Positions 47,514 through 57,190 of a stretch of 64,000 bases of DNA are shown here, piece by piece; the stretch's first letter is position 1, and each line of letters begins with the position of its first letter. This stretch comes from an uncultured delta proteobacterium (GTDB lineage: Bacteria; Myxococcota_A; Polyangia; Polyangiales; JAFGIB01): NCBI GenBank assembly GCA_963778655.1, contig CAVZVA010000005.1, forward strand, positions 704,001 through 768,000, written 5' to 3'. The notes below the pieces were generated by a model that ran no database searches, was not told the DNA's origin, and saw only the letters and a program-made list of their open reading frames with translations. Made by a program: the position numbers and the translations under genes.

Positions 47514-48754
47514 GGCAGGCGGTATGGATCGGAATCTTGTCATGGCTCGCGGGTCCGGCTGCGGCGTACGCGCAACAAGCTGGCGATGACTACAGCACGG
47601 ACTTCGGCGGCGAAACGGCGGGAGCGCAGGGCGCCGGCCAGCGCTATGACGGACCGCACAGCATCGCCGAAGCCAAGCAGCAGCGACGCGGTTATCGCAT
47701 CGGAACCGCTGCGGTACACGGCGCGAGCCCCGAAGAAGACGTGCACGTCGTGCAAGAGGGCGACACGCTGTGGGATATCTCGCAGCACTACTTCGGCGAT
47801 CCATGGCACTGGCCCGAGCTGTGGTCGTACAATCCCGAGATCACCAATCCGCACTGGATCTATCCGCGAGATCAGATCCGGCTGTCACCCCAGACGCTGA
47901 GCGCGGATCAGACCGTGGCCCAGCTCAAGAAGGGCGGCCCTAGCGGCCTGGAGAAAGCTCCGGTGAGCGCGGGCGTGCTCGCCGGCACTGAGACCGCCTC
48001 CTCGGTGGTCGTGCCGCGCGGCGCGTGGAAGCCGGGTATGATCTTCCTGCACGATCAGGGCTACCTGGACGACGACGCGCTACGGGCCAGCGGCCAGATC
48101 ATCGGCGGCAACCAGGAGAACATGTTGCTGTCGCCGAGCGACCAGGTGTACGTGAAGTTCAGCGGCGATCAGAACATTGCGGCCGGTCAGTCGTACACCG
48201 TGTTCCGCAAGATGCCCAAGGCCGACCGAGGCAGGCACGAGAAGGGCACGCTGGTCAGGATCCTAGGAACGATCGTGGTGCGCAACTACGACCGGGACAA
48301 GCACGTCGCGCGCGGCATCGTCACCGAGGCGCTCGATCCGATCGAGCGCGGGTTGTTCGTGGCCAAGCTCGACCGGCGCTTCGACCTGGTGGCCGCCAAG
48401 CCCAATCAGGCCAACGTCGCCGCGCGCATCATCGCCTCGGTCCACCCGCGCACGCTATTGTCGTACGGCAACGTGGTCTTCCTCGACGTAGGCGAGGGCC
48501 ACGGCATCGAGCCCGGAAACCGCTTCTTCGTCGTGCGCCGCGGCGACAACTGGCTGGAGAGCCTGCAGGCCGATCCGGTCGACTTCGGCAACGTGGCCGA
48601 GGTGCCCAAGTACGACCGAAGCATCCTGCCGAAGGAAGTCGTCGCCGAGCTGCGCGTGATCAAGGTGCGCAAGACCACCACCATCGCGCTGGTCATCCGC
48701 TCGGACACCGACCTCACGGTCGGCGACTACGCCGAGATGCGAGTGGGATTCTGA
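47510..48754 (+). CDS. LysM peptidoglycan-binding protein, TsaP-like
   Basis: Signal peptide; HVVQEGDTLWDISQHYFGDPWHWPELWSYNPEITNPHWIYPRD; C-terminal VVFLDVGEGHGIEPGNRFFV domain; ATGA overlap with the upstream gene. Confidence 0.85.
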   Translation: MRQAVWIGILSWLAGPAAAYAQQAGDDYSTDFGGETAGAQGAGQRYDGPHSIAEAKQQRRGYRIGTAAVHGASPEEDVHVVQEGDTLWDISQHYFGDPWHWPELWSYNPEITNPHWIYPRDQIRLSPQTLSADQTVAQLKKGGPSGLEKAPVSAGVLAGTETASSVVVPRGAWKPGMIFLHDQGYLDDDALRASGQIIGGNQENMLLSPSDQVYVKFSGDQNIAAGQSYTVFRKMPKADRGRHEKGTLVRILGTIVVRNYDRDKHVARGIVTEALDPIERGLFVAKLDRRFDLVAAKPNQANVAARIIASVHPRTLLSYGNVVFLDVGEGHGIEPGNRFFVVRRGDNWLESLQADPVDFGNVAEVPKYDRSILPKEVVAELRVIKVRKTTTIALVIRSDTDLTVGDYAEMRVGF

Positions 48755-48855
48755 GGGCCCCTCGAGCCCGCGGCCGCGCGCGGCCTGCAGGGGCTCCGGC
48801 GCTGCGGGCGGGCAGAGTGGACCCGTTGGCGGCCCAGCCGGGTTTGTGAGACAAT

Positions 48856-50706
48856 GTGGGTGTGTCGAGCGCGTCGGACGAGGAGCGCGACCGCCTGATC
48901 GCCGAGCTCCGGGCGGAGCTCGAGCGCGAGCAGGGCAAGCTTCGCGCGCTGCAGGACATCGGCCAGGCGTTGGGGTCCACGCTGGACCTGGACGAGCTGG
49001 TGGGCATTCTGCTCGCGCGCATCACGCGCATCATCGACGCCGATCAAGCCACGCTCTACCTGACCGACGAGGCCGGCGGATTGTGGTCGCGCTTCTCCCA
49101 CGGAGGGCGGGCTCAGGAAATCCGCCTGCAGGTCGGTCAGGGGCTGCCGGGGTGGGTGGCGAAGACCGGCCGCCCGCTCAACGTCAAGGACGCGTATCAG
49201 GACGTGCGCTTCGATTCCGAGTGGGACCGGCGCACCGGCTACCGCACCACGTCGGCGCTTTGCGTGCCAGTGAAGAACCACCACGGTCGCACCGTCGGTG
49301 TGTTGCAGGTGCTCAACAAGCGCTCGCTGTACTTTACGCTCGACGATGAAGGCATGTTGTCCGCGCTCGCGTCACAGGTCGGGGTTTCGCTGGAGAACAG
49401 CAAGCTGTTTCTGTCGGTGGTCGGCAAGAACATGGAGCTGCTCGAGACCAAGGAGCGGCTGGAGCAGAAGGTTCGCGAGCTCGACGTCCTGTTCGAGATC
49501 GCGCAGGTGTCGGCCTCGGCGGCGCGGCTCGACGATTTGCTCGAGGGCGTGCTGGCGCGCGCCATCCACGCCATCGCGGCCGAGGCCGGATCGATTCTGC
49601 TCTCCGATTCGCAAACCGGCGATATGCGCTTCCGCTGCGCTGTCGGCGGCGATCCCGAGGCGGTGCGGCGGCTGACGGTTGGCGCGGAGCAAGGCATCTG
49701 CGGCTGGGTCGCGCGCAACGGCGAGCCGCAGATCGTTAACGACGTGGGCAGCGATCCGAGGCACTCGACCGAGATCGCAAACCAGGTGGGCTATCACCCC
49801 CGTTCGCTCTTGTGCGTGCCGCTGAGGCTGGCCGAGGGCGAGGGCGCGCTCGAGCTGCTCAACAAGGCGCACGGGCGCAGCGGCTTCACCGAGGACGACC
49901 TGAAGCTCGCGGCGTTGATCGCGGGCCACGTGTCGACGGCGATCGATCTCGCCCAGGTGAGGCAGCGGCGCGAGCGCCAGGAGCGGCTGTCGACCATCGG
50001 CCAGCTGCTCTCCAGCGTGGTGCACGACCTGCGCGGGCCGATGACGGTGATCTCCGGCTACGCCCGTTTCCTGGAAAGCGAAGAGGACGGGAAGCAGCGC
50101 GCGCGTTATGGAGAGGCGATCTTGCGTCAGGTCGAGACGGTCAACGCGATGACAGGCGAGATCCTCGCGTTCGCGCGCGGCGACACCAATCTGTTGCTCA
50201 GCCGCGTGTACCTGCAGGAGTACTTTCGCGAGCTCGCCGAGCACTTGCGTCACGAGCTTGAGGGCCGCAGCATCGATCTGGTGCTCGCGCTCGAGGACCG
50301 CGGGGTGGCCTGGTTCGATCCGCACAAGGTGCGGCGGGCGGTGCACAATCTGGTGCGCAACGCGGTCCAGGCGATCGGCAACAAGGGCGGAACGATCACG
50401 ATCGGCGTGGGGCGCGACGAGGCGGGCGCGCTGGTGTTGAGCTGCACCGACGATGGGCCCGGCGTACCGGAGGCGATCCGCGAGCGGGCATTCGAGTCCT
50501 TCACCTCGCACGGTAAGCCGGACGGCACCGGTCTCGGTCTGGCCATCGTGCAGAAGGTGGTGCAGGATCACGGCGGCCGGATCGAGCTGCGCAGCCGTCC
50601 GGGCGAGACGGTGTTCACGATCACGCTGCCACAACAGCGCACGCGGCCCTCGCAGGCGCCGCTGCCTGCCGGCGGTGACGATACCAGCCGAGCGACGACG
50701 GCGTGA
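48856..50706 (+). CDS. Cytoplasmic GAF-GAF sensor histidine kinase (orphan)
   Basis: Two GAFs (NVKDAYQDVRFD...VLQVLNK; SDPRH...LELLNK), VVHDLRGPM (H-box), NLVRNA, DDGPG, GTGLGLAIV. Confidence 0.93.
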   Translation: MGVSSASDEERDRLIAELRAELEREQGKLRALQDIGQALGSTLDLDELVGILLARITRIIDADQATLYLTDEAGGLWSRFSHGGRAQEIRLQVGQGLPGWVAKTGRPLNVKDAYQDVRFDSEWDRRTGYRTTSALCVPVKNHHGRTVGVLQVLNKRSLYFTLDDEGMLSALASQVGVSLENSKLFLSVVGKNMELLETKERLEQKVRELDVLFEIAQVSASAARLDDLLEGVLARAIHAIAAEAGSILLSDSQTGDMRFRCAVGGDPEAVRRLTVGAEQGICGWVARNGEPQIVNDVGSDPRHSTEIANQVGYHPRSLLCVPLRLAEGEGALELLNKAHGRSGFTEDDLKLAALIAGHVSTAIDLAQVRQRRERQERLSTIGQLLSSVVHDLRGPMTVISGYARFLESEEDGKQRARYGEAILRQVETVNAMTGEILAFARGDTNLLLSRVYLQEYFRELAEHLRHELEGRSIDLVLALEDRGVAWFDPHKVRRAVHNLVRNAVQAIGNKGGTITIGVGRDEAGALVLSCTDDGPGVPEAIRERAFESFTSHGKPDGTGLGLAIVQKVVQDHGGRIELRSRPGETVFTITLPQQRTRPSQAPLPAGGDDTSRATTA

Positions 50707-50719
50707 GGGGAGGGCGGAC

Positions 50720-51610
50720 GTGCGGGCGAGTAAGGGGCGAGTAGTGGGGCTTGGGGGCGCGGTGGTGGCGGTTGTGTTGTGCTGCCAGGGGCCGGCGCAG
50801 GTGCGGGCGCAGGGCGTGGCCCAGAGCGGCATGGGGCAGGGACAGGCCAGCATCAATGTCCGCTCCGACGTGACGCTGGCGATCAAAGGCCTGCGCTCCA
50901 CCACGCCCGAGCGGCTGAGCAAGCTCACCGAGCTGGTCAGCGACAAGCTGCCGGCGCTGCGCAAGTGCTATCGCGAGCTCATCGCCAAGCGCCCGACCAG
51001 CGTGGGCTCGATCGGGATCAAGATCACGCTGGAGCAGGGCGACGAGCCGCCTGCGCTCGAGCTCAAGGAGTACGGCGGCACCGACGCGGACTTGACTGGC
51101 TGCGTCAAGCACGTGCTCGAGCACGCGCCGCTGCGGAAGCTGGAGCGGCCGGTGGCGGCGGCGGTGACGCTGCAGTTCGAGAACACGCGCGCCAAGGGTG
51201 AGGCCGAGATGGCTCGGCGGCGCGAAGCGGCCGCGCAGGTCAACGTGCACGAGCGGACAGGCGGCGGCTTCGAGGCGGCCTGGACCGCCGACGACGGCAA
51301 GGTGGGTTTCACCGTGGGTAGCGCCGGCTCGCGCGAGGCGGTCGAGGCGGTGCTCAACACCCTGCGCACGTCGTTCGCAGGCTTTGCCGACTGCCGCAGG
51401 CGCTCGGAGAAGGGCGGCGTGTCGCCGGCGGGCGCGCTCCAGGTCGAGCTCCACGTGCAAAGCCGGGGCAAGGGCAGCGCCAAAGTGACCTCGAGCACGG
51501 TCAGCCACCCCCGCGCCACGCCCTGCGTGGAGCGTCTGTTCAAGCGCCTCCGCTTCAAGGACGCGCCGGCCGGCGAAACCCTCGACATCCAAGTCCAGTT
51601 CGGCGCCTAG
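50720..51610 (+). CDS. Exported protein with two AgmX/PglI C-terminal (TonB-C-like) domains
   Basis: Signal-like N-terminus; LRKCYRELIAKRPTSVGSIGIKITL...LTGCVKHVL and FADCRRRSEK...LQVELHV...TPCVERLFKRLRF. Confidence 0.7.
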   Translation: MRASKGRVVGLGGAVVAVVLCCQGPAQVRAQGVAQSGMGQGQASINVRSDVTLAIKGLRSTTPERLSKLTELVSDKLPALRKCYRELIAKRPTSVGSIGIKITLEQGDEPPALELKEYGGTDADLTGCVKHVLEHAPLRKLERPVAAAVTLQFENTRAKGEAEMARRREAAAQVNVHERTGGGFEAAWTADDGKVGFTVGSAGSREAVEAVLNTLRTSFAGFADCRRRSEKGGVSPAGALQVELHVQSRGKGSAKVTSSTVSHPRATPCVERLFKRLRFKDAPAGETLDIQVQFGA

Positions 51611-51776
51611 AGCACCGAACATATTGAAACGTGTGCGAAGTCGGGGTCATGGCGGGGTGCAGGGTGCGGGCGGGAGCCCGAAGGCGTAGCACATCCTACG
51701 TCGAGCGGGGAGCGGCGTGCCATGCGCCCGCGAGGGCCCCGAAATCGTGCGTGTTTCAATATGTTGGGTGCTCTAG
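51607..51776. mobile_element. MITE-like 170-bp element with terminal inverted repeats bounded by CTAG
   Basis: CTAGAGCACCGAACATATTGAAAC ... GTTTCAATATGTTGGGTGCTCTAG (23/24 match), pairing extends inward via G:T; central GGCGTAG/CTACGTC hairpin. Confidence 0.7.
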
Positions 51777-51845
51777 CGCCCCTCGGCCCGTTGCGCAGGC
51801 GACCCAGTTGGGGCCTGCGGCCACCGCTCGCTCGACACGCACTGT

Positions 51846-51970
51846 GGGTTTCGGCTGAGGATCGTTCAGGAGCGAGCGCCCCCGCAGGACCGGGCCGAGG
51901 CGTACAACAGTACGCCGCAGGGCCGGTCCGAGGAGGTAAGCCGCTCGTGGGTGATCCTCAGCCGAAACCC
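51846..51970. mobile_element. MITE/REP-like 125-bp long-hairpin element
   Basis: Perfect 18-bp IR GGGTTTCGGCTGAGGATC / GATCCTCAGCCGAAACCC; inner GGACCGG/CCGGTCC and GGCGTAC-AACA-GTACGCC hairpins. Confidence 0.65.
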
Positions 51971-52332
51971 TAGGCGAAGTCTTTTTCTTGGCGCTCTTGA
52001 TCCTCTTTACAGCGGATGCAGAGCGTGGTTTCCGGACGCGCCTCGAGGCGCTTGACGCTGATCGGCTCGCCGCACTCCTCGCACACCCCGAACTCGCCTT
52101 GCTCGATCTTCTTCAGGGCGCGATCGATCTTCTCGAGGAAGGTCTTCTCACGGCCTCGCAGGCGGAATTGAAACGACTGCAAGCCCTCGCTCGAAGCCAG
52201 GTCCATTTCGTCCGGTAGGTCGTTGGTGTCCAGCGCCATGTTTTCGGCAGTCATGGTCTGGGCGTTGGTTACCAGGGCGGAGCGCTTGCTTTCGAGCATT
52301 GTCTTGAAGCGCTTGAGGTCGGCTTTCTTCAT
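51970..52332 (-). CDS. dksA: DksA/TraR C4 zinc-finger transcription factor
   Basis: DEMDLASSE (DxxDxA tip), REKTFLEKIDRAL, FGVCEECGEPISVKRLEARPETTLCIRCK; SD AGAGG. Confidence 0.9.
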   Translation of the reverse strand: MKKADLKRFKTMLESKRSALVTNAQTMTAENMALDTNDLPDEMDLASSEGLQSFQFRLRGREKTFLEKIDRALKKIEQGEFGVCEECGEPISVKRLEARPETTLCIRCKEDQERQEKDFA

Positions 52333-52367
52333 GACCCTACACCTCTTGGGCTGGCAGGGAGCGATGC

Positions 52368-52395
52368 AAGATAACCAGGCCCGCGGGCGAGTCAA
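52368..52395 (-). promoter_or_regulatory. Putative sigma70-type promoter of dksA
   Basis: Minus strand TTGACT-16 bp-TATCTT. Confidence 0.55.
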
Positions 52396-52607
52396 GCCCG
52401 GCCAGGCTGGCCGGCCGGGAGACCGTCACCCGAGTTTGAGACCGCTCGAGCGCCTGCAGCCGCGCGCGCGTGCCTGCTCGATCACCCGAGCAATTGAGCG
52501 ATTCGAACGCGACGCAGTGCGCGCCGGCAGGCCCGCCAAGAGCACCCGGCCGCCGCCTCCCGTGTCTCCTACAATTGGATACAAAAGAGCGACACGCCGA
52601 ACGCTTT

Positions 52608-55325
52608 TCAGCGCGCCGTGCCGCGGCCGGGCAGGCGCACGCGTCGCAGTAACAGGTCGACCAGGAACAACGCCAGTGCCGCCAGCACCAGCTCGGGCCA
52701 CAGCTCCCGCTGCGCGACCACCCGCTCGTCCGCGGGGTCGAACAGGTCGGCGGCGACGTCGAGCGCGCGGCCGCCGGTTAGCGCCGACGCGCGCTCGAGC
52801 AGCGCCCGATCGGGCTCGCGGGCGGCCAGCTCCGCAGGGTAGGGGTGGCTCACCTGAGCCTGGCTATGCGCAACCACGTGCCCGTCGCGCCGGTGCACCG
52901 CCTGCAACGCGAACGAGCCGTAGCGCTCGAGCCGCACCCGCGCTTCGTAGCGCCCCGGCGCGCGCTGCGACAGGGCGACGGTCTTGCGCATCCGACCCTG
53001 CGTGGTCTCCATCGGCCCCTCCAGCGTCACGCTCGAATCGAGCCCGTTGAGGAAGCGATCGTCGGCGCCAATCGCGTCGACCGAGATGTGCAGCTCGTCG
53101 CCGTCCAGCGCCACCTGCATCGGGAGCTCGTCGTGACGCCGCTCGCGCATGTGCTCGCGCACGAGCTGGCCGAACAGCGACGGCAGCTGGCGCCAGCGCA
53201 GCAGGTCCGCGGCCCAGCGCGGCTTCAAATCCGAGGTCCACGCCAGCACCCAGCCCAGCCCGACGCGCCAGCGCGCGAGGATCGGCTCGGACAGCTCGCT
53301 CTGCAGCACCACCTGTGCCGGCCGCGGCTTGGCCCGCGTCGCGATGTAGCCCCGCAGCATCGGCGCGTGCTCGATGTCGATGCCGCGCAGGAAGTCGGCC
53401 GGCTCCTCCACGCGCATCCGCACCAGGTCTTCGACCGCGCTGTTCTGTCCCACCGTGGTAGTCTCGCGCACGAAGATGCGCGGCACGTTGTGCGGGTCGT
53501 TGGTGAAGTACGCCCGTCCGCCGCCGAGGCTCGCGGCTTGCTGCAAGAGACCGCGGTTCACGTCGCCGCCCAGACCGACGGCCGACACGGTGATGCCCTC
53601 GGCGCGCATCGCCTGCACCAGATCGGAGATGCCCGACTCCTGGGTCTGCCCATCGGTCAGCAAGATCACGTGCTTGACCCGCGCGGTGGTGGCCAGCAGG
53701 TCCTGAAACGCCATGTCGAGCGCGGGAAAGATCGCGGTGCCGCCCTGGGCGGTCAGGCGCGCGATGTTCTGCCCGATGCGCAGATGATTGCGCGCGCTCT
53801 GCATTCGCACCATGCGCTCGGGCTCGCTCGAAAACCCGATCACTGCCATCGCGTCGTCGGGACCGAGCAGGTCGGCTGCGGCCCGGGCCGCGTCCTTGGC
53901 CAGCTCGATCTTCTGCCCGGACATCGAGCCGCTGCAGTCGATCACCAGCGCCAGCGCCAGCGACTGCTCCTGATTGCGCCGCTCCGAATCCATCGAGACC
54001 GGCAGCAGGCTCTCCATGCGCGTGCCCTGATAGCCGCCCAGGCCGTAGCTCTGCGCGCCGCCTGCGAACAACAGGCCGCCACCCAAATCGCGCACGTAGC
54101 GCTCGATCACGTCCATCTGATCGGGCGAGATGCGATCGGCGGGCACGTCCGAGAGGATGAAGAAGTCGTAGCGCCCGAGCTCGGCCAGGCTGCGCGGCAG
54201 GGCCGCGGCCGAGCGCAGGTCGACCTCGTAGTCGGCGATGCTCAGCGCCTCGGCCAGCGCTTGCAGCCGGCCCGGGTCGGAATCCACCAGCAGCACACTC
54301 GGTCGGCCCGGCACCACCGCGGTCGCGCTGACCGCGTTGTTGTCGGCGAAGCGGTCGGGGCCGCTCGGCTCCACGCTGAGCTTGTAGGCGACCTCGCCGG
54401 CGGTGCGCACGATCGAGCTGAAGGTGAGCGGATTGTCGCCGGGCACCAGATCGACGTCGCGCACGCCGTCCAGCCCGTTGAGCAGCTTGTCCTGATACAG
54501 GCGCACCCGCGCACGGGTCTTGTAGCTGGCGAAAACCTCGGCGTGCAGGTCGAAGCTCTCGCCGACCGCGATGTGGGCCGGCAGCGAGAGCGAGCGCGCG
54601 GCGACCTCCTGCGGCGGTGCGTTGGACAGCAGGTGATGGTAGATGCGCACGCCCAGGCGCCTGGCGCGCCCGGCTTCGGCCAGCAGGTTGCCGTCGGTCT
54701 GGCGGCCGTCGCTGAGCAGCAGCACGTGCGGCAAGTGCCCGGGTGGGAACAGGCCGTAGGCCAGCTGCAGGGCGGCCTGGATGTCGGTGTGCAGCCCGGG
54801 CGAGGGCTCTCCCGGCCGCGCCGGCGCGGGGCGCTGCAGCGCGAGCGCGTCGGGATCGCGCGGCAAGCGCGCGTGGCGGGCGCGCCCGGCGAACGTGACC
54901 AGCTGCAGGTCGTTGTCGCCGCGCGCGCGCATGGCCCGTTGCGCCAGGGCGCGGGCCTGCGCCAAATCGGAGTCGCTGATCGAGTCCGAGACGTCGACCA
55001 ACATCACGGCGCTCACGCGGGTGGCGTCGTAGCTGCGCGCGGGCCGGGCCAGGCCCAGCGCCAGCAACGCCAGCAGCGCGCTGCGTGCCAGCAACGACAG
55101 CGCGCGTTGCGAAGGCGGCAAGTCGCTCATCGAGCCGGCCGCGCCGAACAGCAGCAACGGCCACAGCGCGAGCGTCGCGAGCATGGGCGGGCTCAGCAGC
55201 TCGTAGCGCGCGCCCAGCAGGTCGAAGGCCAGCCGCTGCGCGGAAAGCGCCTGCGCGATCCAGACCGCCGCGGCCAGGCAGGCCAGGGTGAGGGCGGCGC
55301 CGAGCAAGAGACGCGCGCGGGTCAT
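52608..55325 (-). CDS. Membrane protein with two VWA domains and a GATase1-like domain (MoxR system 2)
   Basis: N-terminal TMs; MLVDVSDS and LVIDCSGSM MIDAS motifs; LLSDG, ILLTDG; YVRDLGGGLLFAGGAQSYGLGGY; C-terminal TM. Confidence 0.88.
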   Translation of the reverse strand: MTRARLLLGAALTLACLAAAVWIAQALSAQRLAFDLLGARYELLSPPMLATLALWPLLLFGAAGSMSDLPPSQRALSLLARSALLALLALGLARPARSYDATRVSAVMLVDVSDSISDSDLAQARALAQRAMRARGDNDLQLVTFAGRARHARLPRDPDALALQRPAPARPGEPSPGLHTDIQAALQLAYGLFPPGHLPHVLLLSDGRQTDGNLLAEAGRARRLGVRIYHHLLSNAPPQEVAARSLSLPAHIAVGESFDLHAEVFASYKTRARVRLYQDKLLNGLDGVRDVDLVPGDNPLTFSSIVRTAGEVAYKLSVEPSGPDRFADNNAVSATAVVPGRPSVLLVDSDPGRLQALAEALSIADYEVDLRSAAALPRSLAELGRYDFFILSDVPADRISPDQMDVIERYVRDLGGGLLFAGGAQSYGLGGYQGTRMESLLPVSMDSERRNQEQSLALALVIDCSGSMSGQKIELAKDAARAAADLLGPDDAMAVIGFSSEPERMVRMQSARNHLRIGQNIARLTAQGGTAIFPALDMAFQDLLATTARVKHVILLTDGQTQESGISDLVQAMRAEGITVSAVGLGGDVNRGLLQQAASLGGGRAYFTNDPHNVPRIFVRETTTVGQNSAVEDLVRMRVEEPADFLRGIDIEHAPMLRGYIATRAKPRPAQVVLQSELSEPILARWRVGLGWVLAWTSDLKPRWAADLLRWRQLPSLFGQLVREHMRERRHDELPMQVALDGDELHISVDAIGADDRFLNGLDSSVTLEGPMETTQGRMRKTVALSQRAPGRYEARVRLERYGSFALQAVHRRDGHVVAHSQAQVSHPYPAELAAREPDRALLERASALTGGRALDVAADLFDPADERVVAQRELWPELVLAALALFLVDLLLRRVRLPGRGTAR

Positions 55326-57190
55326 ACGGTCAAGCGCCTGTTGTAGGTGACCCACTCGGCGGTCAGCAGCAGCAGCGCCGCCAGCAGCAGCCACACCCAC
55401 GGCGGGCGCGCCGGGGCCGGTAGGGCCGGGCGCGGTCGTGGCGCGGCCCGGCCCTCGATGCGCAGGCGCGGCCGCGGGCGCAGGTCGCGCGGCAGCTCGG
55501 GGCCGAGGTTGACGGCCAGCACTTGCTCGCCCGCAGGCCAGCGCACGCGGTAGAAGCCCGCGCGCAGCGGGGTGAGCACCAGCTTGCCTTCGCGCAGGGT
55601 GTGCGGCACGGGCCCGCTCGGGCCGCGCACCTGCACGTGGCTCGCGTTTTCGGGCAGCGCCACGCTCACGGTCTGGCCCACGTCGCTCGACGAGAGGTAG
55701 CCGCCCTCGGGGCCGGAGAACCAGTCGAGGGTGTTGAGCAAGAGCAGCGGCCAGGCGACGCGCAGCGGCAGATCGCTCTGGCGCAGATCGAAGGCGAGCG
55801 CGACGAAGCGCCGGCCGGCGCGCGCGCCGGCGACGATCAGAGGCCCGCGTTTGTCCGCAGCGACCACCGTGTCGCCGGGCTGGGGCAACATGCGCAGCGC
55901 GCTGGCGACGTTGACATCGTGCAGCGCGGTGAAGCGCAGCAGCGGATGCTCGCGCTGCAGGTGCTCGAACGCGGGGCGCTCGATCGTGCCGTCCAGCTTG
56001 AGCGGCGCGGCGCCGCCGCCGCTGGGGTCGATGTAGAGCGCTGGCGCTTCGGGCGCGACGGGCGGCAGCCAGCGATCGAAGATCACCGCGTCGTAGCCCG
56101 CGGCCGAGCTATAGGCGCCGGGCGCGATCAGGTCGACGTCGAGATACTCGTCGAGCAACAGCGCGGCTTCCAGGTAGCGGTTGCCGGCGCTGACCGCGAG
56201 CACGCGCACGCGGCGCTGCTCCGGCAACACGGCGTAGGCGCGGTCATCGGCGGCCAAGTCGTCGCTGCCGGCCGCGGCCGAGAGCCGGGCCTCGAGCGTG
56301 TGGCTGACCCCGGTCACGTCGTCGTAGACGCGGCGCACGCTGCGGCCGGGCTCGAGTGTGACCGGCTGGACGTCGATCGGGACGCCGTCGCCCAGCAGCG
56401 TGAGCTTGGCCGTGCGGCGGTGGGGACTGGCGTTGAACAGCTCGACCAGCAGCTCGCTGCGATGCTTGTCCAGCGGGTAGCGGCGCACGGCGAAGGCGGC
56501 GATGCCGAGATCCTCGCTGCGCCGGCCGAACGGCAGGTAGCTCAGGCGCACGCCCGAGCGCGCGAGGTCCGCAGCCAGCTCGGGGTCGGGATCGGCGGCG
56601 TGATCGGAGAGTACGACGATCTCGGCGCGGCCGCGCCCGCGCAGCACGTCGAGCGCGAAGCGGTAGGCGCGCTGATAGTCGGTGGGCAGGTCGGTCGGGC
56701 TGATGCGCGCAAGCGCGGTCTCGAGCGCGCGCGGCTCCGCGCTCATCGCCGAGAGCGGCGTGGTGCTCTGGTCCATCTGGGCGACCAGCGCGTGCAGATT
56801 CGCGCCCGCCCCCTGCACCAGCGTGCGCGCCCGCTCGATCGCCGCCTGCAGGCGGTTCGGCCGCACATCGTGCGCCTGCATGCTCAGACCGGCGTCGATC
56901 AGCACGACCAGGTTGCGCGTGGAGGCCGCCTCCGCGCGCGGTCGTGGATCGCCGAGCGCGAGCGCGAGCAAGCTCACGATCAACAGCGCCAACAGCAGGG
57001 AGAGCACGTGCCGCAGGCGAGCGAACAGGCGGTTCGCCCTGCCCGGGGCGAGCAGGCTCTCCCACAGCGCGATGAAGGGCACCACCACCGCGCGGCGTCG
57101 TAGCTTGAGCAGATACAGCGCCGTGGTGAGCGCCCACACGGCCCCCAGCAGGGCGAGCAACTGCGCAAGCCCGAGCCCGGCGAGCTGCAT
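55322..57190 (-). CDS. BatA-domain/VWA membrane protein (MoxR system 2)
   Basis: ALYLLKLRRRAVVVPFIALW BatA-like start, VLIDAGLSM (degenerate MIDAS), DDLAADD, SDLPLRVAWPLLL, C-terminal TM ending AEW. Confidence 0.87.
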   Translation of the reverse strand: MQLAGLGLAQLLALLGAVWALTTALYLLKLRRRAVVVPFIALWESLLAPGRANRLFARLRHVLSLLLALLIVSLLALALGDPRPRAEAASTRNLVVLIDAGLSMQAHDVRPNRLQAAIERARTLVQGAGANLHALVAQMDQSTTPLSAMSAEPRALETALARISPTDLPTDYQRAYRFALDVLRGRGRAEIVVLSDHAADPDPELAADLARSGVRLSYLPFGRRSEDLGIAAFAVRRYPLDKHRSELLVELFNASPHRRTAKLTLLGDGVPIDVQPVTLEPGRSVRRVYDDVTGVSHTLEARLSAAAGSDDLAADDRAYAVLPEQRRVRVLAVSAGNRYLEAALLLDEYLDVDLIAPGAYSSAAGYDAVIFDRWLPPVAPEAPALYIDPSGGGAAPLKLDGTIERPAFEHLQREHPLLRFTALHDVNVASALRMLPQPGDTVVAADKRGPLIVAGARAGRRFVALAFDLRQSDLPLRVAWPLLLLNTLDWFSGPEGGYLSSSDVGQTVSVALPENASHVQVRGPSGPVPHTLREGKLVLTPLRAGFYRVRWPAGEQVLAVNLGPELPRDLRPRPRLRIEGRAAPRPRPALPAPARPPWVWLLLAALLLLTAEWVTYNRRLTV

